A DNA stretch of 64,000 nt from Chloroflexota bacterium (GTDB taxonomy: Bacteria; Chloroflexota; Dormibacteria; Dormibacterales; Dormibacteraceae): contig VBIW01000036.1 of NCBI GenBank assembly GCA_005880915.1, positions 27,800 to 91,799 on the forward strand, given 5' to 3'. Shown one piece after another: positions 8,215 through 18,381 of this stretch. Under the pieces are notes generated by a model, which did no database searches, was not told where the DNA came from, and worked only from the letters and a program-made list of their open reading frames with translations. The position numbers and the translations under genes were made by a program. Every line of letters starts with the position of its first letter. Positions within the stretch are counted from its first letter, which is position 1.

Positions 8215-8980
8215 GCACGTCGGGCACAGCCGCGTGCAGGTTCGCCTGCACCTGTCCCGCGAGCTGCGCGCGAAGGTCCACAGGCAGGTCCGGCCGGCGC
8301 CGCGCGTAGGAGGTGACGAACCGCCGCAGCTCGGGGTCGATCCGCCTGAGAACCATCTCCGCCGGAGTCGCCGGCGCGAACGCCGCGGGCTGGAGCGCAG
8401 GAGCTGACGCGGCCACAGGCTCCGCCGGCTCGCCCCCAGGCGCGGGTGGGGCGGGCGGCGGCGGAGGCCGCCCTCCAGGCAGCTGCCACAGCCAGACGTA
8501 GTCCGAGTCCTTGACCACGATCGTGCCCGCGGCCAGGTCCCCGAGGCGCTTGCCCTTGCCGTTGACGAACAGCACCACGAGGCCGACCCCGTACCCGTAA
8601 GGCAGGAAGTCGACGATCCGAACCACGTTCCGGATGCCGGCCTGGAAGAACGTCATCGGCTCGCCGCGATCACCGACAGCGCGCAGCCGGAACACCTTCT
8701 TACCGATCGTCTGTCCGGACCAGAAGGCCTCGCACGTCCAGAAATAGCCGAAGACGACGACGAATCCGCCGAGCACCCCGACTAGAAACGCGATTGTCGA
8801 GCTCACTGCCTGGCCGACCGCAATCGCGGCGAACGTGATCCCGATCAGCACGCCGGCCAGGATCAGCAGGTCCAGGATCTGCGCGATCGCGCGGGTGCCG
8901 AGCCCCGCCACCTGGTACTGGAACGAAACTCGCTCCGGGGTGGCGACGACGAGGTCTGAATCGGGGAGCGGCTGGTCCAT
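8156..8980 (-). CDS. RDD family membrane protein with a Pro-rich linker and a C-terminal domain
   Basis: 274 aa. N-terminal RDD-type multi-TM region ([19 protein letters not shown]...), then [12 protein letters not shown] linker. Member of the MoxR-associated cluster. Confidence 0.75.
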   Translation of the reverse strand: MDQPLPDSDLVVATPERVSFQYQVAGLGTRAIAQILDLLILAGVLIGITFAAIAVGQAVSSTIAFLVGVLGGFVVVFGYFWTCEAFWSGQTIGKKVFRLRAVGDRGEPMTFFQAGIRNVVRIVDFLPYGYGVGLVVLFVNGKGKRLGDLAAGTIVVKDSDYVWLWQLPGGRPPPPPAPPAPGGEPAEPVAASAPALQPAAFAPATPAEMVLRRIDPELRRFVTSYARRRPDLPVDLRAQLAGQVQANLHAAVPDVLSQQGPLAALDYLADLERQ

Positions 8981-9006
8981 CTATTGCTAACTTACGTCTC
9001 AGTGGC

Positions 9007-10035
9007 ATGAGAGCGGAAGACTTCGTCGCCCTGCGACGCACGGATTGGAACAGGCTGGAGGACCTCCTCGCGCACGCCGGCGCGGCCCACCTCGACGCGC
9101 TCACGCCCGCCCAGGTGCTGACGATGGCCCAACTCTACCGTCGCGCCACGGCCGACCTTGCGCGTGCCCAGCGCGACTGGCCCGGCGAGCCCGTGCATCG
9201 CTACCTCAACGGGCTGGTGGCACGCGGCCACGGGATCGTTTATCGCCGCGGCGGCAACGTCTTGAAGCGCGTTCGTGAGTTTTACGTCGAGACCCTGCCC
9301 CGCACCTACCGCAAGGCCTGGCCTTACCTGCTCGCCGCAGGGGCGCTGATGTTCGTGCCCGCCTTCATCAGCTTCTTCGTCGTCCTCGCGCATCCCGAAG
9401 CGGCCTATGCGATCGCCGACCCGCGACTGATCGACCAGGTTCACCACCACCAGCTTTGGACCCACATCCCACCGGATGAGCGCGTGCAGGCAGGTGGCTT
9501 GATCATGGTCAACAACATTTACGTTTCGATGGTCGCGTTCGCCGTTGGAGTGGCGTTCGGCCTGCCCGTGTTGTGGGTGATGATCTCGAACGGCATCTCG
9601 CTAGGCGGCCTTTTCGGCCTCACGACGGCCTATGGCATCTCGGGCGGGCTTCTGGATTTCGTCATCGCCCACGGTGTGCTCGAGCTCTCTATCGTCGTCG
9701 CGCAGGGAGCGGGCGGCCTCATGATGGGCTGGGCGCTGGTGTCGCCGGGCAACCGCTCACGCGCGGACGCGCTCGTGCTCGCGGCGCGACGCGCGTTCAC
9801 GCTGCTGCTTGGCCTCGCGCCACTCCTTGTCGTCGCCGGCACGATCGAGGGCAACATCTCGCCTTCGGGAGCGCCATTTCTGCTCAAGCTCGCGATCGGC
9901 CTGCTGACCGGCGCCCTGCTCTACTCCTACCTGATCTTCACCGGACGGCCGCAGCGGCTAAAGCAGAGCGCGCTCCTTCAGCTCCAGATATCTCTCGACC
10001 AAAGAAGGCGACAACCGGCCCGCGACAACGTCTAG
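9007..10035 (+). CDS. Stage II sporulation protein M-like (DUF95) integral membrane protein
   Basis: 342 aa. Soluble N-terminal helical region (DWNRLEDLL...[14 protein letters not shown]), then multiple TM helices. Typical neighbour of RDD/DUF58/MoxR. Confidence 0.7.
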   Translation: MRAEDFVALRRTDWNRLEDLLAHAGAAHLDALTPAQVLTMAQLYRRATADLARAQRDWPGEPVHRYLNGLVARGHGIVYRRGGNVLKRVREFYVETLPRTYRKAWPYLLAAGALMFVPAFISFFVVLAHPEAAYAIADPRLIDQVHHHQLWTHIPPDERVQAGGLIMVNNIYVSMVAFAVGVAFGLPVLWVMISNGISLGGLFGLTTAYGISGGLLDFVIAHGVLELSIVVAQGAGGLMMGWALVSPGNRSRADALVLAARRAFTLLLGLAPLLVVAGTIEGNISPSGAPFLLKLAIGLLTGALLYSYLIFTGRPQRLKQSALLQLQISLDQRRRQPARDNV

Positions 10036-11298
10036 CCCGAGCACGCCTCCCCGCCGCAGCAGTTCGAAGCTTTCCCGGCGGCTTGCGACGACCTCCTCAG
10101 CCGCCGCCCACTCATAGGGCCGGTCGGTCGTGTCGAGCGGGTCGTCGCGGGCGCTCATGACGGCTGGGTCGGACATCGCGACCACAAGTACAAGGTGCCG
10201 CGCCGCGAGGCGGAGGGCGTGCGCGACGAGCTCGCGCGATGCCTCGGGGTCCTGCACGTCCGTGAGCAGCACGACCATCGACCGCCGGCCGACCCTGAGC
10301 GCGAGGTGGGTCATCGCGTGCCCGAAGTCGGGTTCGACATATTCGGGCTGGATCGCGTAAAGGGCCTCCGTGATCCGGCGCAGCTGCGTGGTCCCTCGTT
10401 CCGGCTTGATGAAGCTGGTCACGCGGTCATCGAAAGTCAGCAGGCCGACACGGTCGCCATAAGCCTGCGCGACCCAGGCCAGCATCAGCGCGGCATTCAC
10501 GGCGTGGTCGAGCTTGTCCAGGTCGCCGGCCGGGGCTGTCATCAGCCTCCCGCAGTCGATAGCGATGATGACCTGCTGGCCGCGCTCAGCCTCCACCTCG
10601 ATTACAACCGGACGGTCGCGCCGCGCGGTTGCCGTCCAGCTGACGCGCCGCACGTCATCGCCGCGCACGTAGTCGCGCAAACCCGCGAACGCAGTCGACG
10701 CGCCGGGAGGTTTGGCTCGTCGCATGCCGACCATCGCGCGGAGTCCGCGCCGCAGCGACAGCTGGATGCGCTTGATCGCAACGATGTTCGGAAAGACTGC
10801 AACCTCGCGCGGCTCCGGCAGGCGGACCTGGCGCCGCCACCATCCCTCATTCCGCCAGACCTGCAGGTCGACCGGACCGAACTTGTAGGCGCCGCGCCGC
10901 GGAGAGTACGTGCGATACGTCACCTTGAGCTGGCCGGCGGGATCGAACTGGCCAGAAACCTCACGCGGCTCGGGCCGGAGATCGGCCGGGGCATGGTCCG
11001 ACACCTTCGCCATCAGCCCGGCGGCGGCGCGGTTCTGGATCACAACGGTGACCTCCTCCGGCTCGCCCAGCGAAAAAGGATCAGGCATGCTGCGCCGTAC
11101 GTAGTACCCGGAACGACCAGGCAGCAATGCCAGGTCCCGCGACGCAATGGTCACAAGTCCGATGTGATAGACCACGGCGACCAAGCCGAGGAACGGCGAC
11201 GCCACAGCGAGTGCGATCAAACCCGCGCCGATGGCAACGGCCCAGATGAGCCGCGGCTGCGGCGCGAGGCCACGCAAAAAGTCGAAGAGGCGAATCAC
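9958..11298 (-). CDS. DUF58 (vWA-like) domain protein, MoxR partner
   Basis: ORF 9958..11493 trimmed to GTG 11298, just after the MoxR stop. Two N-terminal TM helices, then [45 protein letters not shown], a typical DUF58 core. Confidence 0.8.
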   Translation of the reverse strand: MIRLFDFLRGLAPQPRLIWAVAIGAGLIALAVASPFLGLVAVVYHIGLVTIASRDLALLPGRSGYYVRRSMPDPFSLGEPEEVTVVIQNRAAAGLMAKVSDHAPADLRPEPREVSGQFDPAGQLKVTYRTYSPRRGAYKFGPVDLQVWRNEGWWRRQVRLPEPREVAVFPNIVAIKRIQLSLRRGLRAMVGMRRAKPPGASTAFAGLRDYVRGDDVRRVSWTATARRDRPVVIEVEAERGQQVIIAIDCGRLMTAPAGDLDKLDHAVNAALMLAWVAQAYGDRVGLLTFDDRVTSFIKPERGTTQLRRITEALYAIQPEYVEPDFGHAMTHLALRVGRRSMVVLLTDVQDPEASRELVAHALRLAARHLVLVVAMSDPAVMSARDDPLDTTDRPYEWAAAEEVVASRRESFELLRRGGVLGLDVVAGRLSPSLVERYLELKERALL

Positions 11299-11311
11299 CG
11301 TGCGGCCGCTG

Positions 11312-12274
11312 TCAGCGCGGCGGAACGACTCGACTCGCCACGGCGTCGAGGACGCTGTCTGGCGTCTGGCCCGCCACCTCAGCCTCGGGGCGAAGGATGA
11401 GGCGGTGGCGAAATGCTGGCGCGAGCAGCGCCTTGACATGGTCGGGCGTGACGAACTCATGGCCGTCGAAGGCCGCGTAGGCGCGAGCCGCAAGCATCAG
11501 GAGCACCTCAGCCCGCGTGCTGGCGCCGAGGGCGATCTCCGGCGCCGAGCGTGTGGCGGCCGCGAGGTCCACCACATAGCGGCGGATCTTCTCATCCAGG
11601 ACGACCTGGGCGACCTGCGCTCTGCACGCATCGATGTCCGCCGTTCCAAGCACGGGCTCGACTCCAGCTTTGACCGGATCGCGAAGCTCGATACCCGACT
11701 CCCAGCGGCGCAGCACCTCCATCTCGTCCGCCGCAATCGGGTAGTCGAGACGGACCTTGAAGAGGAAGCGGTCCTGCTGCGCCTCGGGCAGCGGGTACGT
11801 CCCCTCGTACTCGATCGGGTTTTGCGTCGCCAGGACGAAAAACGGAGCGGGCAGCGCCAGCTGCTTGCCTTCCAGCGTCACGCCGTGCTCCTCCATGGCC
11901 TCGAGCAGCGCGGACTGGACTTTGGCCGGAGCGCGGTTGATCTCGTCGGCGAGCAGGATGTTGGTGAAGATCGGTCCCTTGCGGAGCGCGAACGTGCGCG
12001 TGGTCAGGTCGTACACCGAGGTGCCCAGGATGTCGGCCGGCATGAGGTCGGGGGTGAACTGCACGCGGCCGTACTCCAGCGTCAGCGCTTGCGCAATGGA
12101 CTTGGCGAGGAGCGTCTTCCCAGTTCCGGGCACGCCCTCGAGCAGCACGTGGCCCTGAGCGACCAGCGCGATCGCGCAAAGGCGGATCGCATCGTCCTGC
12201 CCGACGATCGCCTTGGCAAGCTGCTCTCGAAAGCGCGAGTAGAACTCGGTGGCAGCAAGCATGGTCTTCCCCAT
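11312..12274 (-). CDS. moxR: MoxR-family AAA+ ATPase
   Basis: 320 aa. Walker A GVPGTGKT, Walker B LLADEINRA, and QNPIEYEGTYPLPEAQQDRF, which is characteristic of MoxR. Confidence 0.93.
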   Translation of the reverse strand: MGKTMLAATEFYSRFREQLAKAIVGQDDAIRLCAIALVAQGHVLLEGVPGTGKTLLAKSIAQALTLEYGRVQFTPDLMPADILGTSVYDLTTRTFALRKGPIFTNILLADEINRAPAKVQSALLEAMEEHGVTLEGKQLALPAPFFVLATQNPIEYEGTYPLPEAQQDRFLFKVRLDYPIAADEMEVLRRWESGIELRDPVKAGVEPVLGTADIDACRAQVAQVVLDEKIRRYVVDLAAATRSAPEIALGASTRAEVLLMLAARAYAAFDGHEFVTPDHVKALLAPAFRHRLILRPEAEVAGQTPDSVLDAVASRVVPPR

Positions 12275-13462
12275 CTAGGGGGAACTCCTCCGTCCTCCCC
12301 GTCCACGGGGAGGTGTCGGCGAAGCCGGCGGAGGCGCAGCCGCCGAATGGGGCTGATTTGTCACCGGATAGGCGATTCGATGTAGTCGCTGCGCGGCCTT
12401 CAACAACCCGCTCTCGTTGGCCGCCGCGGCGTAGAGCGAAGTCTCGACCTCGGCCAGCTCTCCCGCCACCTCAGGTGCGCGCACCCACAGAGCATTCCAG
12501 AACCGCTCGCGCGGCTGCACGGGAAGGCCGGTCCGCGACGCCACGGCGCGCTCCGCGGCGTTGGCCAGGAGACCGAGGGTGACGGCCCGCGCGCTCGAAC
12601 GGCGCAGCATCTGACCCACTGCCACAGACCATTCGGCGTCGGAGCGAGCGATCTCGGCTGGCCGCTCGACCAGCGGTCCGAAGCGCCTCCCACGCAGAAC
12701 CAGGCCGAAGAAAACCGCCACCAGCAGCCACAGCAGGGCGGCGCCCCACGGCGTGGTGACCCACGCCTGCGGGGCGAGGTCGCTCGCGGTCAGGCCATGG
12801 TGGTACTCGTCGAAGGCGACCCGCGCGTTGGAATCCACGATCCCGAGCAGGTCGGCAAGCAGCCTCCCGTTGTCCGACTTCTCGAGATAGCCGTTGCACA
12901 GCACGAGCGGGTCCGCCAGCACGATGGCCGAGCCGATGCCGATCCGCTGGACGTAGCCGGCGGAATAGCCCTGCTGCGTGCGAAGAAAGGTCACCTGCGT
13001 CGGCGCAGGGTCGAGCGGTACGAGCTCCCCGGCGCCCGCGACCTTGCCCACACCGCTGACGATCGGTGTGGCCGCGTACTGGCCACCCGAAACGAAGCCG
13101 CCCAACCGCGTGACGCCGAGGGCCTTGTTGAGCTCCGGGTCACCACGCTCCGAGGCGTAGATCAGCACGCCGCCTCGCCGGACCCAGGCCAGCGTGGCGT
13201 CGGCTTCCGCCGACGTGTAAGGGCTGGTGGGCGTGAAGACGAACATGATGGAGAAAGGGTTCGGCTGATCGAAGCTGCCCGTGATCTGGTCGGTCGGATG
13301 GCCCATCGCCTGCGCGTAAAGCAGCGCCGCTGATGCGCCGTTGGCAGCGTCGCTGTTGGAGCTGTGCTCAGGCGAGTCCTGAGCGGGCTGGAACGCGTAC
13401 GCGACGGCAGCGATCGCGACCGCGATGGCCGCGGCGATGATCCAACCTCTCGCCCCTTTCAC
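12275..13462 (-). CDS. DUF4350-like secreted/membrane protein of the MoxR cluster
   Basis: 395 aa. N-terminal TM/signal anchor, a late TM helix (ALLWLLVAVFFGLVL), and position directly upstream of moxR (TAG followed immediately by ATG). The last ~30 aa are encoded by repeat copy B. Confidence 0.65.
   Translation of the reverse strand: MKGARGWIIAAAIAVAIAAVAYAFQPAQDSPEHSSNSDAANGASAALLYAQAMGHPTDQITGSFDQPNPFSIMFVFTPTSPYTSAEADATLAWVRRGGVLIYASERGDPELNKALGVTRLGGFVSGGQYAATPIVSGVGKVAGAGELVPLDPAPTQVTFLRTQQGYSAGYVQRIGIGSAIVLADPLVLCNGYLEKSDNGRLLADLLGIVDSNARVAFDEYHHGLTASDLAPQAWVTTPWGAALLWLLVAVFFGLVLRGRRFGPLVERPAEIARSDAEWSVAVGQMLRRSSARAVTLGLLANAAERAVASRTGLPVQPRERFWNALWVRAPEVAGELAEVETSLYAAAANESGLLKAAQRLHRIAYPVTNQPHSAAAPPPASPTPPRGRGGRRSSP
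12292..12354. repeat. Dispersed two-hairpin element, copy B (long variant), inside the 3' end of the DUF4350 ORF
   Basis: GTCCTCCCCG-tcca-CGGGGAGG-tg-TCGGC-gaa-GCCGG-CGGAGGCGCAGCCGCCGAATGGGGCT. Confidence 0.8.
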
Positions 13463-14358
13463 GCCGCCGCCTCCACGGGTTGTCGATATCGAGCCGCCAC
13501 CTGCGCCGCCTTCTCATACGTAGCGATGTCCACCTCGCGCCGGCCGTAGACCGCAGCCTCAAATGGAAGCAACAGCTGACGCAGGCTCCCGAAATCAGGC
13601 GCGCGCTGAAAGATCTCCCGCACGGTGAGGGGGCTCCCCTCCCACGAGCGCTCCCCTGCCAGCGTCGCGGCGACGCCGGCGCACAAGGCCCGTATCGCGC
13701 CCACCCGGTCACCCCTCCCGGCAAGGTGATCCGCCTCCGCGAAGTAGTCGGCCGCGGGTCGCGGTCCGCCGGGCGCAACCCTGGCCGATTGGCCCAAGCG
13801 TCCGCCCGACGCGCGGAAGATGACGACGATGACGCCGAGCACGACCAGAACCCCGACGACCTCGAGCCACAACGCCGCCGTTTGAGAGCCCGCCCCGCTT
13901 CCAAACAGCAGCCGAAGCAGCGCGCTGATCAGGTCCGAGGCCCATTGATAGAAACGGTCGAGCAAAGACGGCGGACGGTGCAAGGCGTCGTAGCGGGTCA
14001 TCGACATCACGTCGTGCAGGCGCTGCTGTGCCAGGGCGGGGTCCGACGTGGTCGCGGGCTCGGTCGCGGCCGCCAGCAGCGCGGCCAGTCGCTTGCTGGC
14101 ATCGTCGTACTGGGGAGGGCGCGCCACCAGGTCGGCGATGATCTCCGGCTGGCTGTCACCGGTCCCTGCCGCCAGCAAATGCACCGCGGCGGTCGCCGGG
14201 GCCGGGTCTTGAGGTGAGGCGCCCTGGATCACGTCGAACGCCTGCTGCACCGCGTCGGCGTAGCTCAGCGGTGGCAGCGGATCGGCTGCGGCTGTCGTGG
14301 CGGTGATCGGACCAAGAACGACCGCCAGGAGGAGAGCGGCCAGGGCGCGACCGAACAA
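13459..14358 (-). CDS. DUF4129-like domain protein of the MoxR cluster
   Basis: ORF 13459..14910. The 5' half overlaps the upstream gene, so the start was trimmed to in-frame TTG 14358 (LFGRALAALLLAVVLGP signal-like), which is uncertain. C-terminal TM plus ...LTVREIFQRAPDF...AVYGRREV resembles DUF4129. Confidence 0.55.
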   Translation of the reverse strand: MFGRALAALLLAVVLGPITATTAAADPLPPLSYADAVQQAFDVIQGASPQDPAPATAAVHLLAAGTGDSQPEIIADLVARPPQYDDASKRLAALLAAATEPATTSDPALAQQRLHDVMSMTRYDALHRPPSLLDRFYQWASDLISALLRLLFGSGAGSQTAALWLEVVGVLVVLGVIVVIFRASGGRLGQSARVAPGGPRPAADYFAEADHLAGRGDRVGAIRALCAGVAATLAGERSWEGSPLTVREIFQRAPDFGSLRQLLLPFEAAVYGRREVDIATYEKAAQVAARYRQPVEAAA

Positions 14359-14366
14359 TCTCGTCT

Positions 14367-15209
14367 TCAGGACGTTGCCTGAGGCGCGGAAAGCCGGTAC
14401 GCCATCTGGAAGAGATCCAGCCCTTCTTTGCGGACCCGAAGATCGAAGTAGATCAGCACGATCGCGATCTGCAAGACCGGGTTGACCAGAGCGCTGACCA
14501 GCTCGCTGCTCGCCAGGGAGATGCCCGTCGCGATGGATGGCGACATCACGAGCTGGAGCAGGAACTGGGCCAGCTGGACGAACGCGCCGAGAGCGATGCC
14601 GACGACGTACCAGATGATGAACATCAAAAAAAGCATGAGAAACGTGCGCCACCAGCGGCCCTCCACCAGCCGCCGGCTGCGCCCCATCGCCGCACCCAGC
14701 CCGATGTTCTCGACGAACATCGCAGGCGTCACCACGATCCAGAGCACGAAGATCCAGAGCCACAGGGCGATTGGAGCCACGCACAGCGCCAACGCGAGGT
14801 AACCCGTGGCGACGAAGAGCACCCAGTAGCCCAGCAGCCCGAAGTAGCGGCGCAGAACACCCATGAAAACACCGCCCGCCGTCACCGGACGGCCTAGCGC
14901 GGATTCGCACGCGGCGTACATGACAGCGCCCATCGTGAAAGGAAGGATCAGGAGGTTGACTACCAGGCCCGCCCCGAGCGTGGCAAGAAGCGGGGTCACG
15001 AAGCTCAGATCCGTAATCCCGCCGCCCGATTGCTGCAGGATGGAAAGGAAAGACGCGAAAGCCACGCCGAAAACCGCCGCCGAAGGTATGGCGAGGATGA
15101 CCGAGATCCCCGCGAACAACACGAAATGACGGCGATACATGCGAAAGGTCTCGTCGAGCACGTCGCCGATCTCCATCGGGCGCATGCGGAGCGGGGCAGG
15201 TACGCTCAA
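14367..15209 (-). CDS. Polytopic membrane protein (glycerophosphodiester-phosphodiesterase membrane-domain-like), first gene of the MoxR cluster
   Basis: 280 aa. N-terminus IGDVLDETFRMYRRHFVLFAGISV followed by ~6 TM helices. Confidence 0.6.
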   Translation of the reverse strand: MSVPAPLRMRPMEIGDVLDETFRMYRRHFVLFAGISVILAIPSAAVFGVAFASFLSILQQSGGGITDLSFVTPLLATLGAGLVVNLLILPFTMGAVMYAACESALGRPVTAGGVFMGVLRRYFGLLGYWVLFVATGYLALALCVAPIALWLWIFVLWIVVTPAMFVENIGLGAAMGRSRRLVEGRWWRTFLMLFLMFIIWYVVGIALGAFVQLAQFLLQLVMSPSIATGISLASSELVSALVNPVLQIAIVLIYFDLRVRKEGLDLFQMAYRLSAPQATS

Positions 15210-15273
15210 GTACTCAATTCCCAGAGTGTCGTATAGCCACCGGCTACGCGTTGCTGGAACGAAGGATTGGGCA

Positions 15274-15672
15274 ATGAATCAGCGAGCGGCGCCAGCGCCG
15301 GATGACGTAAACGTCCTCTTCGTCGAAGACGACGCGTCGGTCGCGCAGATGTACCGGCTCAAGCTCGAGCTCGACGGATACAACGTAGATGTCGCCGCCG
15401 ACGGTCTCGTCGCGCTGGAAAAAGCAAGGGCCATGCACCCAGACATCATTTTCCTGGACGTGAGGCTTCCGAAAATGGACGGCCTTGCCGTCCTCGAGGC
15501 CCTGCGCGCCGACGCTGCGACGGCAGCCATCCCGGTCGTGATCCTGTCCAACTGGAACGAGAAAGAGCTGGTCGAGCGCGGCGTCAAGCTAGGCGCGCTC
15601 GACCACATGATCAAAAGCCAGACCACTCCGGCCAGGCTGTCCCAGCGTTTGAAGGACCTCCTCCACAACTGA
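15274..15672 (+). CDS. Single-domain response regulator (CheY-like receiver)
   Basis: ORF 15139..15672 trimmed to ATG 15274. VLFVEDD, phospho-acceptor context IIFLDVRLPKMDG, VVILSN, conserved Lys in DHMIKS. No kinase gene in the window. Confidence 0.85.
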   Translation: MNQRAAPAPDDVNVLFVEDDASVAQMYRLKLELDGYNVDVAADGLVALEKARAMHPDIIFLDVRLPKMDGLAVLEALRADAATAAIPVVILSNWNEKELVERGVKLGALDHMIKSQTTPARLSQRLKDLLHN

Positions 15673-15730
15673 CTCTCCTCCCCATTTAGGTGGCCGCGCC
15701 CCTTCGGGTCACAGAGGGAGAGGGGTTGGT
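15673..15730. repeat. GGGAGAGGGG-type palindromic repeat (E1) between convergent genes
   Basis: CTCTCCTCCCCATTTAGGTGGCCGCGCCCCTTCGGGTCACAGAGGGAGAGGGGTTGGTG. Lies between the response-regulator stop and the clpC stop, so it may double as a bidirectional terminator hairpin. Confidence 0.6.
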
Positions 15731-15741
15731 GCGAACTTGAT

Positions 15742-18241
15742 CTACGGCTTTGCGGGAGCCGCGCCGGCGGGCTCTTTGTGTCGGTGCTTGACCGGCGTGA
15801 ACTTCAGCCCGTCCTCACCCTCGACGTCGATCTGGACGACGTCGCCGCGCGCGATCTTGCCGCGCAGCAGGTGCTCGGAGAGCTGGTCCTCGATCCGGCT
15901 TGTGATCACGCGCCGGAGCGGCCGAGCTCCATAGATCCGGTCGTAGCCCTCCTTCGCGAGGAGGTCTTTCGCCGCGTCGGTGACCTCGATGGTGATCTGC
16001 TGCTCGGCCAGGTGCTTGCTCAGCCGGATCAGCTGCAGGTCGACGATCTCGCGAATCTGGGTCGTGGTCAGGCTCTTGAAAACGACCACGGCATCGACGC
16101 GGTTCAGGAACTCGGGGCGGAACATCCGCTTGAGCTCCTCGTCGATCTTTTCCTTGGTGTTCTTGTGCCGGCGCTCGACCTCTTCCGACTCGTCCACGAC
16201 TGCGGGCTGGAAACCGAGCGCGGTCCCCGCCTGGTTGACGTCGCGGATGCCGAGGTTCGAGGTCATGATGATCACGGTGTTGGCGAAGTTGACGATCTTG
16301 CCCTTCGCGTCGCTGAGCCGGCCGTCCTCGAGGATCTGAAGCAGCATGTTGAAGACCTCGGGGTGCGCCTTCTCGATCTCGTCGAACAGGATCACCGAGT
16401 AAGGGCGGCGCCGAACGGCCTCGGTCAGCTGTCCGCCTTCGTCGTAGCCCACGTAGCCGGGAGGTGATCCGACCAACCGCGCGGTGGTGTGTCTCTCCAT
16501 GAACTCGGACATGTCGAGCTTGATCAACGCGTCCTCGGAGTCGAATAGATATTCCGCCAGCGCGCGCGCCAGCTCGGTCTTGCCGATACCGGTCGGGCCC
16601 AGGAAGATGAACGATCCGATCGGGCGTCGCGGGTCCTTGAGACCGGCGCGGGCGCGCCGCACCGATTGCGATACGGTGACGATCGCCTCGTGCTGTCCGA
16701 CCAGGCGCCTGTGCAGCTCGTCTTCCATGCGCAGCAAGCGGGCGCTCTCTTCCTCGACCAGCCGCGACACCGGCACGCCGGTCCACGCGGCCACGATCTG
16801 CGCGATGTCCTCTTCGCCCACATCGGGCACGGTCTCGCCGAGCTTGTCACGCCACGCGGCTTCTTTCAGTGCGAGCTTGTCCTGCAGCTTCTTCACCTTG
16901 TCGCGAACGCTCGCCGCGGCTTCGAAGTCCTGCTTGTTGACGGACTCGTCTTGCTCGGCGCGTTGCTTGCGGATCTCCTTCTGCAGGTCCTTCAGCTCAT
17001 CGGGGGTGGTCGTCAGCTTCATGCGCACGCGCGCCGACGCCTCGTCGATCAGGTCGATCGCCTTGTCAGGAAGCGCGCGGTCGCTGACATAGCGGTCGCT
17101 CAGCACTACTGCGGCGTGAACCGCCGCGTCCGTGATGGTGACCCGGTGGTGCTTCTCGTAAAGCGACTTGACGCCATTGAGGATGTCGGTCGTCTCGGCC
17201 AGCGACGGCTGGTCGACAAACACAGGCTGGAAGCGGCGCTCGAGCGCGGCGTCCTTCTCGATGTACTTGCGGTACTCGTTCAGGGTGGTCGCGCCGATGC
17301 ACTGGATCTCACCGCGCGCTAGCGCGGGCTTGAGGATGTTGGCCGCGTCGATTGCGCCTTCCGCAGCGCCTGCGCCGACCAATGTGTGGAGCTCGTCGAT
17401 GAACAGCACGACCTCGCGGCTCGAGCGGATCTCGTCCAGGATCTTCTTCAGCCTTTCCTCGAATTCGCCGCGGTACTTGGTGCCCGCGACGAGCGCGCCC
17501 ATGTCGAGCGTCAGCACGCGCTTGTGCTGCAGCGACTCGGGCACGTTGCCGAGGTTGATCTGCTGCGCAAGCCCTTCGGCGATCGCGGTCTTGCCGACAC
17601 CGGGCTCGCCGATCAGCGCCGGGTTGTTCTTCGTGCGGCGGCTCAGGATCTGGATCACGCGTTCGATCTCCGTCTCGCGCCCGATCACGGGGTCGAGCTG
17701 GTTGCGGCGCGCGAGCTCCGTGAGGTCGCGGCCGAACTGGTCGAGCAGCGGAGTCTTGGAAGGCTTCTTCGGCGCAGGCTCGGCCTCGGTCTCGGCGCTC
17801 GAGTCGTGGAGCAGCCGCTCGATCTCACCTCGCACCTTCTCCAGGTTCGCGCCGAGGTCTTCGAGCACATGCGCCGCGATTCCTTCGCCCTCGATGAGGA
17901 GACCGAGCAGCAGGTGCTCGGTGCCGACGTAGTTGTGGCCCATGCGCCGCGCCTCTTCGAAGGAGATCTCGATGACCTTCTTCACGCGCGACGTCGGAAT
18001 GATCTGCTGGATGATGATCCGCTCGTTCCGGCCGAGCACAGACTCAATCGTCTGGCGGACTTTGCCAATCTCCACACCAAGGTTGTTGAGGACCTTGGCG
18101 GCCAGGCCTTCACCCTCGCGGAGAAGTCCGAGCAGCAGGTGCTCAGTGCCGATATAACTGTGGTGCGATCGTTCTGCTTCTTCCTGAGCAAGCGTCAGAA
18201 CTTTCTTGGCCCGCTCGGTAAATCTTTCAAACGGATACAAG
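15742..18241 (-). CDS. clpC: ATP-dependent Clp protease ATP-binding subunit ClpC
   Basis: Two Clp_N repeats ([11 protein letters not shown] twice), UVR-like linker, two AAA+ modules ([16 protein letters not shown]). Start trimmed to TTG 18241 ([14 protein letters not shown]), preceded by AGGAGG 9 nt upstream. The track ORF extends to 18291. Confidence 0.95.
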
Positions 18242-18381
18242 GTCCCTATCCTCCTGGACTCCTTTCTGCGACTGCTAGGTGGGGCCAGCACCTCCTCAAC
18301 GAAACTGTGGTACCCGGCGGTACCCCTGCACCTAATATAACGTCCAACTCAGCCACCCGAATTCAGTTACGAGGAGGCGCG

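Noticed and set aside
17386-18381. 5' 1-kb extension of the O-antigen-ligase-like ORF, which the track gives as 856 aa
   Set aside because: The extension is antisense to clpC and has shadow-ORF composition. A GTG at 18382 with a GAGGAGG SD starts the membrane protein proper.
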